A DNA stretch of 54,470 bases from an uncultured bacterium (GTDB lineage Bacteria; Eisenbacteria; RBG-16-71-46; CAIMUX01; WJJG01). The notes beneath the pieces were generated by a model. That model had not been told where the DNA came from, did not search any database, and worked only from the letters and a program-made list of their open reading frames with translations. The translations under genes and the position numbers were made by a program. Location: assembly GCA_964388535.1 (NCBI GenBank), contig CAYMBA010000002.1, positions 1 through 54,470 on the forward strand, written 5' to 3'. Below, piece after piece: positions 9,435 through 19,600 of the stretch; the first letter of the stretch is position 1, and each line of letters starts with the position of its first letter.

Positions 9435-10586
9435 TCATTCCGCGGGTCTCGCTCGCACCCGCTCCACTTGGAAGCTCTCCTTGAGGGGGACGAGCTCCCC
9501 TTCAGGCTCGAGGTAGAAACGGCCCCCATACAACTGGTGTCTCCACTCCACTTCAGATGGTCCATGCCGGTTCTTCTCGATCGCAAGTCGCACAAACCGG
9601 GCTCGGCCATCTTCACCCACCGGCTTCAAGCATTCATGATTCAGCACCCATCCCCCGTCCGGCTCGTATGTCATGCTCACGGGGCCCCACAGGTCCTCCA
9701 AGTGCACCGGCCCCCTACGCCTCACCGCTTGCTCATCCACCGCGCCAACCGCAACCACGGGCACGCCCCGCCGCATGGCCAGCGCCTTGAGTGACCGCAC
9801 CACATAGTCGATGTGCTGCTCTCGCGCCAGGTCTGCGAGCTCCGCCGGCGGCGGCACACGCTGAGCGTAATCGACGATCACAACCGGATAGAGCCCTTTC
9901 CGCTGCAGCACTACTACCATCTTATCGATCGCTTCGGGGGACGTGTAGATCGGATCGCCCCGATACAGGTACAGCGCATCGAGATACTTCTCCATCTTCC
10001 GCCAGCCGAGAAGCGCCGATCTGGGCAGCTGTAGCAACATCGAGGACAGATCCTCCAGTGCGCCCGCCTCAGCCAGCCGCGCCAAGGCCCCCCGAATATC
10101 GCTCAGGTTGACGCCCCCTTCACCGCCCCCCGCCAGCCAGGACTCCATGCACAGCAGCCGTTGCTGCAGCAGGATCGGAGAATGTTCGTAGCAGATCAGC
10201 AGGCAGACCACCCTATTCCGCGCCTGGGCTGCCCATAAAGTTATATTTCGGCCCAGCTGACTCACAAAGAGCGTCTTACCGATGTTCTGCTTTCCAACCA
10301 CCAGCACCAGATCCTCGGCGTGCAGGCCGCCACCCATACTTGCATCCAGGAAAGGGAACCCTGTCGGGATCGGCCGCAGGACCGCCGGGTTAAGGTCAGG
10401 CAGTCTCCTCTCAAAGGCCTCCACGGTCGCCCGCAACGATACCGGAGGCCCGGTCCCGCCCGGGAAATGGATCGTGCTCTCGTAGCCGTCGTCAAAGCGG
10501 TTCACGAAACCCCCTGCCCTCCGCCCTGGAACCAGAGGCTGGCCCATCGACCACAAGCCGATAGCCGCGCGCATGCGCTGTCTCAA
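9435..10586 (-). CDS. DnaB-C-terminal/RecA-fold ATPase (DnaB-like helicase); start uncertain
   Basis: LVLVVGKQNIGKTLFVSQL is a Walker A in DnaB-like context and VVIVDYAQRV is a Walker B as in DnaB LIVIDYLQL. The annotated start overlaps the upstream gene by 95 nt. Alternative starts are ATG 10547 and GTG 10505. Confidence 0.75.
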   Translation of the reverse strand: MRQRMRAAIGLWSMGQPLVPGRRAGGFVNRFDDGYESTIHFPGGTGPPVSLRATVEAFERRLPDLNPAVLRPIPTGFPFLDASMGGGLHAEDLVLVVGKQNIGKTLFVSQLGRNITLWAAQARNRVVCLLICYEHSPILLQQRLLCMESWLAGGGEGGVNLSDIRGALARLAEAGALEDLSSMLLQLPRSALLGWRKMEKYLDALYLYRGDPIYTSPEAIDKMVVVLQRKGLYPVVIVDYAQRVPPPAELADLAREQHIDYVVRSLKALAMRRGVPVVAVGAVDEQAVRRRGPVHLEDLWGPVSMTYEPDGGWVLNHECLKPVGEDGRARFVRLAIEKNRHGPSEVEWRHQLYGGRFYLEPEGELVPLKESFQVERVRARPAE

Positions 10587-11292
10587 TGCCCGCCCCTAGG
10601 CGAGCCTCCGCGAACTTCTGCCGGAGACGGTTGATGTGTTTGCGAACGGCGCTCTGCTTCGCCTCCTCGCCGAACACCCGCCGTGCAATCGAGGGGATTG
10701 CCTTCCACTCATCCGCCGGCGGGTCCATCAGCACGGCGAGGATCAGCGCCTGCTTCCGGGTCAGCGCCACTTTGGAGCTCCGAACCCGCAGCGTCCGGCC
10801 GGCGACGTCCAGCACTGCATCGCCCGTGCGCCGAAAGCGCGAAGTGATCCGTCCCAGAGCGGCCAGCTGCGCCCTTGCGAAGCGAGCCGCCACGCCTGGC
10901 GGCACCTCCCGCTTGCTCAGGTATGCGACGGCCCCAACCCGAGCCGCCTCCTCAAGACCTTTCCTTGCCGACGCCCGACCCGTCATCACCATGATCGGCG
11001 CCGCGGTCGCCTCCCACAGCCACGGGAGGAGCTCCAACCCCCTGCCCTCGCGCTCAAGCTTTGTCCCCACCATTACCAGATCGGGCTGGAGCGCGACGGC
11101 CCGCTCCAATCCCTCGCCGGAGCCCGAGACACTCTCGACCCGTACGCCCTTCGCCTCCAGCTCCGCCGCAAGCCTGTCGCGATAGGCGACGTCCGGGTCC
11201 ACGATCAGAACCAATGGCGGCGGCACCCTCGATGCGCCCTCGTCTTCGGCCACCCTGACCTCCCCCGGCACGAAAGGCCGATCGCCTGTCAC
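10492..11292 (-). CDS. OmpR/PhoB-type response regulator paralogue with a degenerate (Asp-less) receiver
   Basis: Receiver is LVLIVDPD...QPDLVMVGTKL...IMVMTGR...AYLSKRE and the winged helix is RKHINRLRQKF...AHARGYRLVV. The likely start is GTG 11292, forming a GTGA overlap with the stop of the upstream regulator. The ORF-track start at 11388 lies inside the upstream gene. Confidence 0.8.
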   Translation of the reverse strand: MTGDRPFVPGEVRVAEDEGASRVPPPLVLIVDPDVAYRDRLAAELEAKGVRVESVSGSGEGLERAVALQPDLVMVGTKLEREGRGLELLPWLWEATAAPIMVMTGRASARKGLEEAARVGAVAYLSKREVPPGVAARFARAQLAALGRITSRFRRTGDAVLDVAGRTLRVRSSKVALTRKQALILAVLMDPPADEWKAIPSIARRVFGEEAKQSAVRKHINRLRQKFAEARLGAGIETAHARGYRLVVDGPASGSRAEGRGFREPL

Positions 11293-12032
11293 GTGCCCTT
11301 GCCCCGTGCGTCCTGCGCCTCCTCGGAGGTGTCCTTTACGCCCTCGACCACCAGGCGGTATCCGTGCGCGTGCGCCGTCTCGATCCACACACCCATGTCC
11401 AGCGACTCCAGCCTGGAGCGGATGCGCGCAATGTGCTTGCGTACCCCGGCCTTCTCGTTGTATCCGGTGTCGCCGTATACCTTCCTGGCGATCTCGGCAT
11501 GCGTCTTCCAGTGCCCTGCTGGCGGGGTCATCAGCGCGGCCAGGATCTCCGCCTGCATCTCCGTCAGCGGGACGGGTATGCCCCGGATCAGCAGCTTCCG
11601 CGCCTGGACATCCAGGACCACGCTCCCTAGGCGAAGCGACGTGTACGTCAACTTGCCGAGCCTGGCCAACTGGCTGCGCACAAAAGCGCTCAGCGCCGCC
11701 GGAAGCGCGTCGGCCTTGTTGAAGTAATGCGTCGCCCCTCCCTCCCCCGCCGCCTCCAGGTCTTCCCGAACCGACCCCCTGCCCGTCAGCACCACGATGG
11801 AGGCGGCCGTCGCCTGCTGCAAGCGCGGCAGCAATTCGAATCCCTCGCCTTCCCTCTGCAAATTGATGTCCAGGATGATCATATCCGGCCTCTGCTGGAC
11901 GGCTTTCTGGTACCCCTCCTCCGCGAAGAAGGCCGTCGAGGCGCGCAGCCCATCCCGCTCGAAGGTTTCCGCCAGCGACGCCGAGAACGCGGCGTCATCA
12001 TCAATGATCAGGACCAGGGGCTTGTTCGGCAT
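11289..12032 (-). CDS. OmpR/PhoB-type response regulator
   Basis: LVLIIDDD...RPDMIILDINL...IVVLTGR...HYFNKAD is a complete receiver signature. The C-terminal winged helix is RKHIARIRSRL...AHAHGYRLVV. Confidence 0.85.
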   Translation of the reverse strand: MPNKPLVLIIDDDAAFSASLAETFERDGLRASTAFFAEEGYQKAVQQRPDMIILDINLQREGEGFELLPRLQQATAASIVVLTGRGSVREDLEAAGEGGATHYFNKADALPAALSAFVRSQLARLGKLTYTSLRLGSVVLDVQARKLLIRGIPVPLTEMQAEILAALMTPPAGHWKTHAEIARKVYGDTGYNEKAGVRKHIARIRSRLESLDMGVWIETAHAHGYRLVVEGVKDTSEEAQDARGKGT

Positions 12033-12048
12033 GTCGATCCCCCTCCCT

Positions 12049-13275
12049 CTACCTCTCCCACATCACAGCAGGCTCCAGCATCTGTCGCGCGACGGTCACC
12101 GCCGCCGGCAGATCTCCTGTCAGCCCGCCCCGTTCGGCCAGCTCCTCTGCAAGCCGCCGGAGCATCCCCACTAGCAGCTTTCGCTGCCCGGGATCCAGAC
12201 CGCCCGCCACCACCCGGACGCTTTCAGCCACGGCCTGCGCCCGGTTCGAGAGTCCGGGGGCCAGCGCCTCCAGTGCATCCAGGCCCCCGGGATTGAAGCA
12301 CCGCGCCCTCATCGCGCAGACCTCGCAGCGACTAAGGTCCGCCAGGAACATCGGCAGGTACACCCCCTCCTGGATGCCGCGCAGCGCAGTCTCTAATACG
12401 TGAGTCAACCGCCCACCGGCCACCATGCGCCTCCCGTGCGTCCATCCGGAGGGGATGTGCCGGTACGTCACACCCGTCACCTCTCCAAAGGCGATCGTGC
12501 TCTCTGGCAGGGGTTCCATGTGCAGGGCCGCGATTACCCTCAGGTCCCGGCTCACCATCCTCGCCGACGGCGTTCGCGCCAGATCGTAGTCGTGCACCTC
12601 CACCAACACCGAATGCGGGGTATTCTCCGGCTCGTCCATGACCAGCATGTCCGCCCTCGCAGGCAGGACCCAGCCCCCCACCCTCACCTGAACGGGAACC
12701 TGAATACCAAGGATCGCAGGATTCGCTGGCGCCTCGCCGGGGGCGGCAAGCCGCTCGGCCATGCGCAGGCTGTCCGCAAACGCGTCCGCTACGCTGTACG
12801 GGCCGAACAGCGGATGGTCGACTTGCTCCACCCGCAGCGCGGCCATCAGCTTTCGATCCAGCTCCTTGGCAAGCGCGGGAAGCCCGCTTGAGCGGGCCAT
12901 GCCCTTGAACTTGCGCGACATGCGCGGCTGCTTGTAGCGGGATCCGTCGCGCTTGCGGATCTTGCCCGATTGGAAGCCTTCCAGGATATGGGAAAGCGCC
13001 TGAGCGTAGCCTGCCAGGCCCTTGAGCACGTCATCCTCGTCCGCGCCCTCACGCGCCAGCCAGGTCCGCCAGACGACCATCACCGCTTCCTGCAGGCCAG
13101 CCTCCTGGCGACGGGCGTACACCCGCCACGCCTGGCGCAGGGAATCACCGGGGAGCTCAAGCGTTGTCCGGGGCGCCCACTCCCCCCGCAGCCCCACCAC
13201 ATGCTTCCAGTAGTAGAGCATGGAGCAGAATACGTAGTCCCGTAACTGTTCAAGCGACACTGGCGACAAAGGCAT
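12049..13275 (-). CDS. PD-(D/E)XK-superfamily, Cas4/RecB-like nuclease with a four-Cys (Fe-S type) signature
   Basis: An N-terminal Cys (YVFCSMLYYW) plus C-terminal CEVCAMRARC gives C...CxxCx5C, as in Cas4/AddB/Dna2. The candidate core is RADMLVM...LVEVHDY, in which the usual Lys is not obvious. Confidence 0.55.
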   Translation of the reverse strand: MPLSPVSLEQLRDYVFCSMLYYWKHVVGLRGEWAPRTTLELPGDSLRQAWRVYARRQEAGLQEAVMVVWRTWLAREGADEDDVLKGLAGYAQALSHILEGFQSGKIRKRDGSRYKQPRMSRKFKGMARSSGLPALAKELDRKLMAALRVEQVDHPLFGPYSVADAFADSLRMAERLAAPGEAPANPAILGIQVPVQVRVGGWVLPARADMLVMDEPENTPHSVLVEVHDYDLARTPSARMVSRDLRVIAALHMEPLPESTIAFGEVTGVTYRHIPSGWTHGRRMVAGGRLTHVLETALRGIQEGVYLPMFLADLSRCEVCAMRARCFNPGGLDALEALAPGLSNRAQAVAESVRVVAGGLDPGQRKLLVGMLRRLAEELAERGGLTGDLPAAVTVARQMLEPAVMWER

Positions 13276-13290
13276 ATCCGATCGCCCTCT

Positions 13291-14721
13291 TCAGTCGGCG
13301 CGCACCTGCACCTGCCCGGGATCCAGGAGCGCCGGCGAAGTGGCGAAGCCGAGATAGAACGTGCTGCCTACTCCGACCTCTGACTCGACCCTGAGGGTCC
13401 CGCCCATCGCCTCGAGCAGGCGACGCGTCACCCACAGCCCGATCCCCTCGCCCTTCACCCCGGCACTTCGTCCGGCCCTGAACCGGTACGACCCGATCCG
13501 AGGCAGCTCCTCGGCAGGCATTCCAGGGCCGGTGTCCGAAACGGCGAAGATGACTTGGTCGCCCTCGAGGTAGGCCCGTACGCGCACCGCACCCTCCTGC
13601 GTGTATTTGAAAGCGTTATGCAGCACGTTGGAGAGTACCCGGAAGAAGGCCACTCGGTCCGCCTGGATGTGCGGCAGGTCCTCCGGGATCTCGGTCTCCA
13701 GCACTAGATCCGGCCTCCGCCGGGCTCGCAGAGACAGGAACGGCCGAACCACCTGTTCGAAGAGCTCTCCCGGGCGATGCGATTCGACCGTCACCAGGGG
13801 TGACCTGCCCTCCGCCATGTCGACCAGCGAATCGCCCGACCGAGCGACGGTGGCCACCAGCTGAATCGTCCGGTAGAGCTCCGCCAGGTCCGCCTCTGAG
13901 GCCTTCCCCGGCCTATCCGAGGACGCCGTCGTCTCCCAGGCGCGCAACAGGACGGCCTCAAGCGAGCCGAGGGTGTTGCCCAGATCGTGTTGGAAGGATC
14001 CGAGGAGCATCTTCAGCAGGCCGTCTTTGACCCGCGCCTCCTCCAGCAGCTGCTCCATCAGCTCGGCCTGGGCAAAGCGGACGGTCACGGCCTCGACCAC
14101 CCGCGGAAAGTGCTGCACGGCGGCCTCCACTGCCTCCATGTTGAACCGGTCGAGGCGCTTTACTCGGGGGACATGCAGGATGATCAGTCCCGCCGTCGGA
14201 CCGCGTTCCCCGCCGCGCTTCATCCTCAGCCGGACAGCGAGCATCCTCCCGCGCCTTGCTTGGGGAAAGACCTTATGGAACGCTTTCGGCATCCTCCCAG
14301 CGGGCAGCTGCAGCAGGTCTCGCTCCCCCTCCCCCGTCGCAAGCGCGGCGAACTCCCCTACAGCCAATGTCGCGGCGAGCATCTCCTGATCCGCGCGTCC
14401 CTGCAATGTGCCTCCGGAGGCCGCCACGTGTAATTCCGCGCTCTCAAAACCCTCGCCTGGAACGCGGATGAGCGCCAGCCTCCCCCGCGCCCCTACCCCT
14501 TCGGCCAACGCCCCTGTCATACCCTGCACGGCCGCCTCGATGTTCGGCGCCGCCGACAACCTCAGGACCGCCTCCGGTAGATTGCGCCAGCGCCGCAGAC
14601 GGCTCATGGCGGCCGCCTCCCCCACCCTCACCGCGGCGACCACCTGAACGGTCAGGAACAGCGCACCCAGCAGAACCAGGATCCCCAGGGGCACAAGCAA
14701 GCTATTCAGGATCTCGCTCAT
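13291..14721 (-). CDS. Sensor histidine kinase (one N-terminal TM helix, cytoplasmic sensor region, HisKA + HATPase_c)
   Basis: H-box is SFQHDLGNTLGSL, N-box is NVLHNAFKYT, G1 is DTGPGMP and G2 is GEGIGLWVTRRL. The N-terminus LLVPLGILVLLGALFLTVQVVAA is hydrophobic. Confidence 0.9.
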   Translation of the reverse strand: MSEILNSLLVPLGILVLLGALFLTVQVVAAVRVGEAAAMSRLRRWRNLPEAVLRLSAAPNIEAAVQGMTGALAEGVGARGRLALIRVPGEGFESAELHVAASGGTLQGRADQEMLAATLAVGEFAALATGEGERDLLQLPAGRMPKAFHKVFPQARRGRMLAVRLRMKRGGERGPTAGLIILHVPRVKRLDRFNMEAVEAAVQHFPRVVEAVTVRFAQAELMEQLLEEARVKDGLLKMLLGSFQHDLGNTLGSLEAVLLRAWETTASSDRPGKASEADLAELYRTIQLVATVARSGDSLVDMAEGRSPLVTVESHRPGELFEQVVRPFLSLRARRRPDLVLETEIPEDLPHIQADRVAFFRVLSNVLHNAFKYTQEGAVRVRAYLEGDQVIFAVSDTGPGMPAEELPRIGSYRFRAGRSAGVKGEGIGLWVTRRLLEAMGGTLRVESEVGVGSTFYLGFATSPALLDPGQVQVRAD

Positions 14722-14869
14722 ACCTCTTCTGTCTCGCTACATAGCATCTCGTCGCTCAATCATTATCGGCCGGATCATGCGTTTTTCACAGCCACCCCCG
14801 CCATCTTCTATCACCTTGCCGGTTGCTGCGCGCTCTCAGTACCAACCCTGGTCGCGCTGCGCATCGGCA

Positions 14870-16606
14870 TCACTTCCCCCTCTGCACCGGCGGCGCCGGC
14901 GGGATGTACTCCCACCAACGAAACGGCAGCCGCCAGACCGGCTTCAACGGATCCGGGGCGGCACTGCGGTCGAAATCCGTCAGCAGCTCCCAGGTCGTGA
15001 TCAGGATGGCGGGCGTCCGCCGCAGCCGGTACCGCCCCGCCAGCTCCACGAGGCGTCGCGCCACGGCTCGCGCCCGGGCTTCGCCTCCCTCCGCGACGAC
15101 GTACAGAAGCATCGGGATCGGGTCGGAGGCCGCGTATCCGAACCGGGCAAGGATGTACTTCTCCAGTTGCCGGGTCAAGCGGACGCCGTTTCGCGTGCCG
15201 CGGTCGATCTCCAACCAAAAGGGCACACTTCGCCCGTCCCAAATCAGCATCCCGCTCGAATCCGGTACAACCTCGACCCAGCGAGGGTGCGTCAGATCTC
15301 TGGGGGCCACTGCCACGCAGTATCCATAGCGAGCCTGGAGAAGATCCCAGCGCAGCAGACAGCCCCGCCGCTGCAGGGCGAGCATGAAGGCGAGTATGTA
15401 AGTCATGTGGCGTGGGCTTCGCGTCAAGGGCGCATGGCCCGAGGCCCAGGCCCGACGGGCGCGAAACCGCGCCGGCGTCTGCATTACGCGATAGGCCAGC
15501 AGATCCAGCCCGCGCGGGGCCAGTACGAAACGATGCTCGCCCTCAAAGAGCGGCAACCGCTCCACCAGACCGACGGCCTCCATGCGCCTCAGCCCGCGGA
15601 GCACGCTCCGCCTCCTGTATCCCACCAGCAGCGCAAGCTCCTCGGCCGCAAAGGCAGGATATCGGAGCAGGCCTAGGAGCAGCGCCGCCTCACCGTGCGT
15701 CATCGTCAAAGCATCGCGCAAGGCCGAAGCTACGTGGTGCTGGCTCCGTTGAGTCCATTGGGACACGCGCTGCCGGCGCGGCGCCCGCGGCACCCTGCCT
15801 CCGAGAAAGGTCTGCATGCTTTCCCTCGTCGGGAGGAGCGTAGGTTCGTCCCAAGGACAGAACTGCCCCCACCCCATCTCGGGAAGCCTCAGCCAGGCAT
15901 CCGCGCGCCCCAACTCTCCCGTGCACCTTTCATAAGGGTAAAAGTACACCGGGAAGCTTGCTCCCCTCTGCCGCTTCCTGGCCCTGCCCCCGGATCGGAT
16001 CAGCATTGGCATCCTCTTCGGGGCGAAGGGCACGCCCATGACCGCGAGGACGACGCTAAGATCTCTCTCCTGCCGGCGAAACTGGAACCAATTCCGCAGC
16101 AGCTCAAGGTACCACCACGACGCTGCGGCCCCCTCCGGAGGCACGCCGAACGCGATCAGCACCTCCCCATCTCTTTTTCCTCGAATGCTGACCAATGCAT
16201 CCAGGACCAGGCCCGGCGCCGCGCGCCACGGACTGATGGACCACACCATTCTCTGCCTGATCCCCGCCGCGCCCAGGAAGATCCGCCGGGCCTTATCCAG
16301 GTGAGGCGCAGCGAGTAGTGTCTCCGCGCGACGGTTCACCGACGGGATCGGTAGCCCAAAATGGTGCGCGCCTGCGGGCGTCAGAGCGTAGCGTCTGGGA
16401 GGCCTGGGTTGCCCCTTGGTGGCTATGCGCATTGTTTCGACATAGCCCAGATGCAACGCCTCTTCCCGTGCGCGGCGCGCTTTGAACTCGCTCAGCCCAC
16501 TCTCCAAGCACAGGAATCCAAACCTCGCCCACGGGTGCCGCCAGACGGCATCAAGGAATCGCCGCAGCGGATCGCCCTCGTCCCCGGACCCCCTTCGATC
16601 TCCCAA
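14870..16606 (-). CDS. Replication-relaxation (Replic_Relax-like) family protein, apparently two tandem wHTH-containing modules
   Basis: MarR-like wHTH stretches are present (FLCLESGLSEFKARRAREEALHLGYVE; AAEELALLVGYRRRSVLRGLRRMEAVGLVE). The C-terminal module carries VVPDSSGMLIW...PFWLEIDRGT, resembling the family's E-x-D-R-G-T motif. Assignment is from memory. Confidence 0.5.
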   Translation of the reverse strand: MGDRRGSGDEGDPLRRFLDAVWRHPWARFGFLCLESGLSEFKARRAREEALHLGYVETMRIATKGQPRPPRRYALTPAGAHHFGLPIPSVNRRAETLLAAPHLDKARRIFLGAAGIRQRMVWSISPWRAAPGLVLDALVSIRGKRDGEVLIAFGVPPEGAAASWWYLELLRNWFQFRRQERDLSVVLAVMGVPFAPKRMPMLIRSGGRARKRQRGASFPVYFYPYERCTGELGRADAWLRLPEMGWGQFCPWDEPTLLPTRESMQTFLGGRVPRAPRRQRVSQWTQRSQHHVASALRDALTMTHGEAALLLGLLRYPAFAAEELALLVGYRRRSVLRGLRRMEAVGLVERLPLFEGEHRFVLAPRGLDLLAYRVMQTPARFRARRAWASGHAPLTRSPRHMTYILAFMLALQRRGCLLRWDLLQARYGYCVAVAPRDLTHPRWVEVVPDSSGMLIWDGRSVPFWLEIDRGTRNGVRLTRQLEKYILARFGYAASDPIPMLLYVVAEGGEARARAVARRLVELAGRYRLRRTPAILITTWELLTDFDRSAAPDPLKPVWRLPFRWWEYIPPAPPVQRGK

Positions 16607-16611
16607 AGGCG

Positions 16612-19600
16612 CTATTCCTCCTCGGGATCGCTCTCCGCATCTGTCGCCCCCTCGCCATGCGCGGAGTCCTCAGCCCAACCCTCCATGCGCTCGAGCAGCT
16701 CGAGCATCCGATCGTGCGGCGTGCGGCCGCGCTCCCCGGCCTCCCCGGAGGATCGAGCCCCCTCCGCATCGGATGCCTCGCTCCCTCCTGCCCAAGGCAT
16801 CGCCGGCTGCCCCACGCCGCCTCTCACACCCATTCCCCTTTCCCCAGCCCTATCCGGCCCATCGACCACGTCGTCCTCAACCGCTTCCGGGAAGAAGGGT
16901 TCCACACCCAGGAGATCTCCGAAGGCCCCGTCGTGCACCGCGGTGGCTGCGGCCACCTCCGTGCCGAAGTGACGCAGGATCACGTTCATGGCGCGATGCG
17001 CGGCCCTCATGGCCTCTCCATGGGCAAGTGAGTAGCGAGCCCTCATCGCCAGCAGTCTGGCGCGCACCTCCGGATTTTCTCCAGGCATCGGCTTCGTCTC
17101 CACCGCAAACGGCGCAACGACCTGTCGCCCGACCACCGTCCGCACATAGGCGGTGTATTGCGGCAGGTTCGTCAGCGTCGCGGGCGGCACCTCCTCTCCC
17201 AACTCCCGCTCGCTGATGCGCGCCGCGTCGTCCCCGGCCACGCGGAAGACCATCAGCGTGTCCGTGTTGGCCAGCAGCTGGCGGTCCACGGCGACCCGCG
17301 CCAGGTTCTCCCGCTGCATCGAGGGCTCCAGGAGTGAGAGGCCTTGTGTGCTCAGGACGAGCGATCCCCCGAATTTCTGCGCTTCAGCCATGATCGAGGC
17401 GTAATCCACCGCCGCCATGGTCTGGGATTCGTCCACGATCACCGACGTGGCCACCCGCTCCTCGGCCGGCCTAGCCCCCTGCGCCAGGATCGCCCGGCGC
17501 ACATAGTTGAGGACCAGGCTTCCCATGAAGGAGGCAAACTCATCCCCCACCGTCGGGCGGGCGGTGTGGAAAAGTACGATCTTGCCATCGGCGACGAAGC
17601 GCCATGGGTTGATGGTGCTTGCCGACTGCCCCACCATAGCGCGAATGCGGCTGTTGAACTCGAAGGCCCGCGCCTTGGACAGCACCGGCGAGATGACCCG
17701 CTCCTGGAAGCTGGGCGTCAGGTCGTCGTACTCGGTCTCGAAGTAGGCGATCACATGCTCCGAGCGTGGATCGTCCTTCGGCAGCACCTCTCTCAGGAAG
17801 TGGGATCGCCGCTCCCGGGTCAGGCTTATCAGCGGCGCCAGCGCCAGGATCGTGAATTGTTGATCCGGAGACCGTTGGGTGTTGGCCAACGCCAACGCCA
17901 TGAGGAGCATGCGCAGCGGCACCACCATGCGCGGCCCCCAGTAGCCGGCCCAGAGGATGTAGGCGACGTCGACAAAGGCTTCGACGACTCGCTCCGGATC
18001 GCCCACCTGATCCACGTCCAGCACGTTGAACCCCGGAACAAAGTCGTCATCCGCCAAGTCGATAAGTACGACGTCATCTATTCGATTCTGGGGTACGTGG
18101 CCTAAGAGGGAATCCACCATGTCCCTGTGCGGATCGACGATCACCACCGCGCGCCCGGGCTGGCGCATCGCCCAGCATGCGATGTGCTGGGCGACCGTCG
18201 TCTTGCCCATGCGCGTTCGCCCGACCAGCATCATGTGCCTGGTCAGCGCATCGCGCGGCAGATAGACCGGCACGCGTACGCCGCTCGACTTACGCGCTTC
18301 GCCGATGTGCAATCCGGAGGGGTCCAGCACCTGCTCAGGAACGGGCAGCGCCACCTGGACCCTCGAGGCCGGCAGCAGGTCCGGCAGGTCGGCGAGCGGC
18401 AAATGCCACATGCCGGCGATCTCAGCCGCATTCAGCAGCGACTCTCCCGGCGCGAAGGCAGCCAGGCTCGCTGGCGTGAATTGGGGCGACCGCCCTGGGG
18501 GCATCAACCCCAACCGGTTCCCGGCGTCCTGGGAGAACAGGTTGTAGGCGGCAGCCATTTGCTCGAGAAGCTGCCGCGCCCGGTCCCGCGTGGCCGCCGT
18601 CGCCGCGAGACGCACCTCGCACCGATATGCCGGGCGCTGGATCTTGGTCTCCACCAGCGACTCGATGGATTCGTCCCAGTCCGCCCCGCCCATCGGGCCC
18701 ATGATAAGCGGCGCCCCGAGGACAAGCGATATCCCCGAGATGAGCAGCGTCAGGAGCCGCCCAAACGAAAACCACATCCCCGAAAGCGTCCCGGCCATGA
18801 GGAAATAGGACAGGCCTCCCAGGCCTAGGGCCAGCCCGAGCAGCCGCATCAGGTCCGCAGCGTTGAATGTTCCGAAGCCGCGCCGCTTGAAGCGTAGGAG
18901 CTCCCTCAGGTACGGCCGCGCCCACCCCTCGGGCGCGCGCCCGTGGATCAACACCTGCGACTGGGCGACCTCGCCCTGACGCACGGCGCCGGCGGCGCCC
19001 ATCAGGGCCAGCACCGGATCGTTCTCCTGAAGCTCCCGCCACGTCAGAAGAGGCAGGTGCGGTGCAGCCTGAAGCTTCATGCGCCCGGTGGCCACAAGTC
19101 CCCCGCTCCCTTCCATGCGGATCGCCGGATCATCACCAGGGTCCAGCCTCTCGAAGATTGGGGATCCATAGATCGAGGTGATCTGGCCCTGTACGAAGTC
19201 GGCCACCCTGCGATGGCAGCGCACGATGAGGAATCGCCTCTCCTCGTCGGCGGCGAGATCCAGCGAGATCGGGCCGGCTGCAGCCCCCACGGCGTTGATC
19301 AACTGTTCGATGGCGGCCACCTCCCGAGGCGTTCCTCGCACCGGCGTCACCGAGAACGCCACCACATCCTCCGGATCGCCCTCTCCTGCCAGGGAATCGA
19401 AGTGCACGCCGTCGCGCCCCCGAAGCGCTTTGTGCCCTTCGCCCAACGCGTCTGCGCGCGCCCTGCCGTTGCCTCCTTCAGCGGCTCCGGCCGCCCCGGT
19501 ATTCTGCGCCTCGCCATGCTGTGCCAGTTCAAGCTCGGCCCCGCAACGACGGCAAAGCAGCCCGCTCCCGGCTGCCTCCCCAAGCGTATGACGCTCCCCA

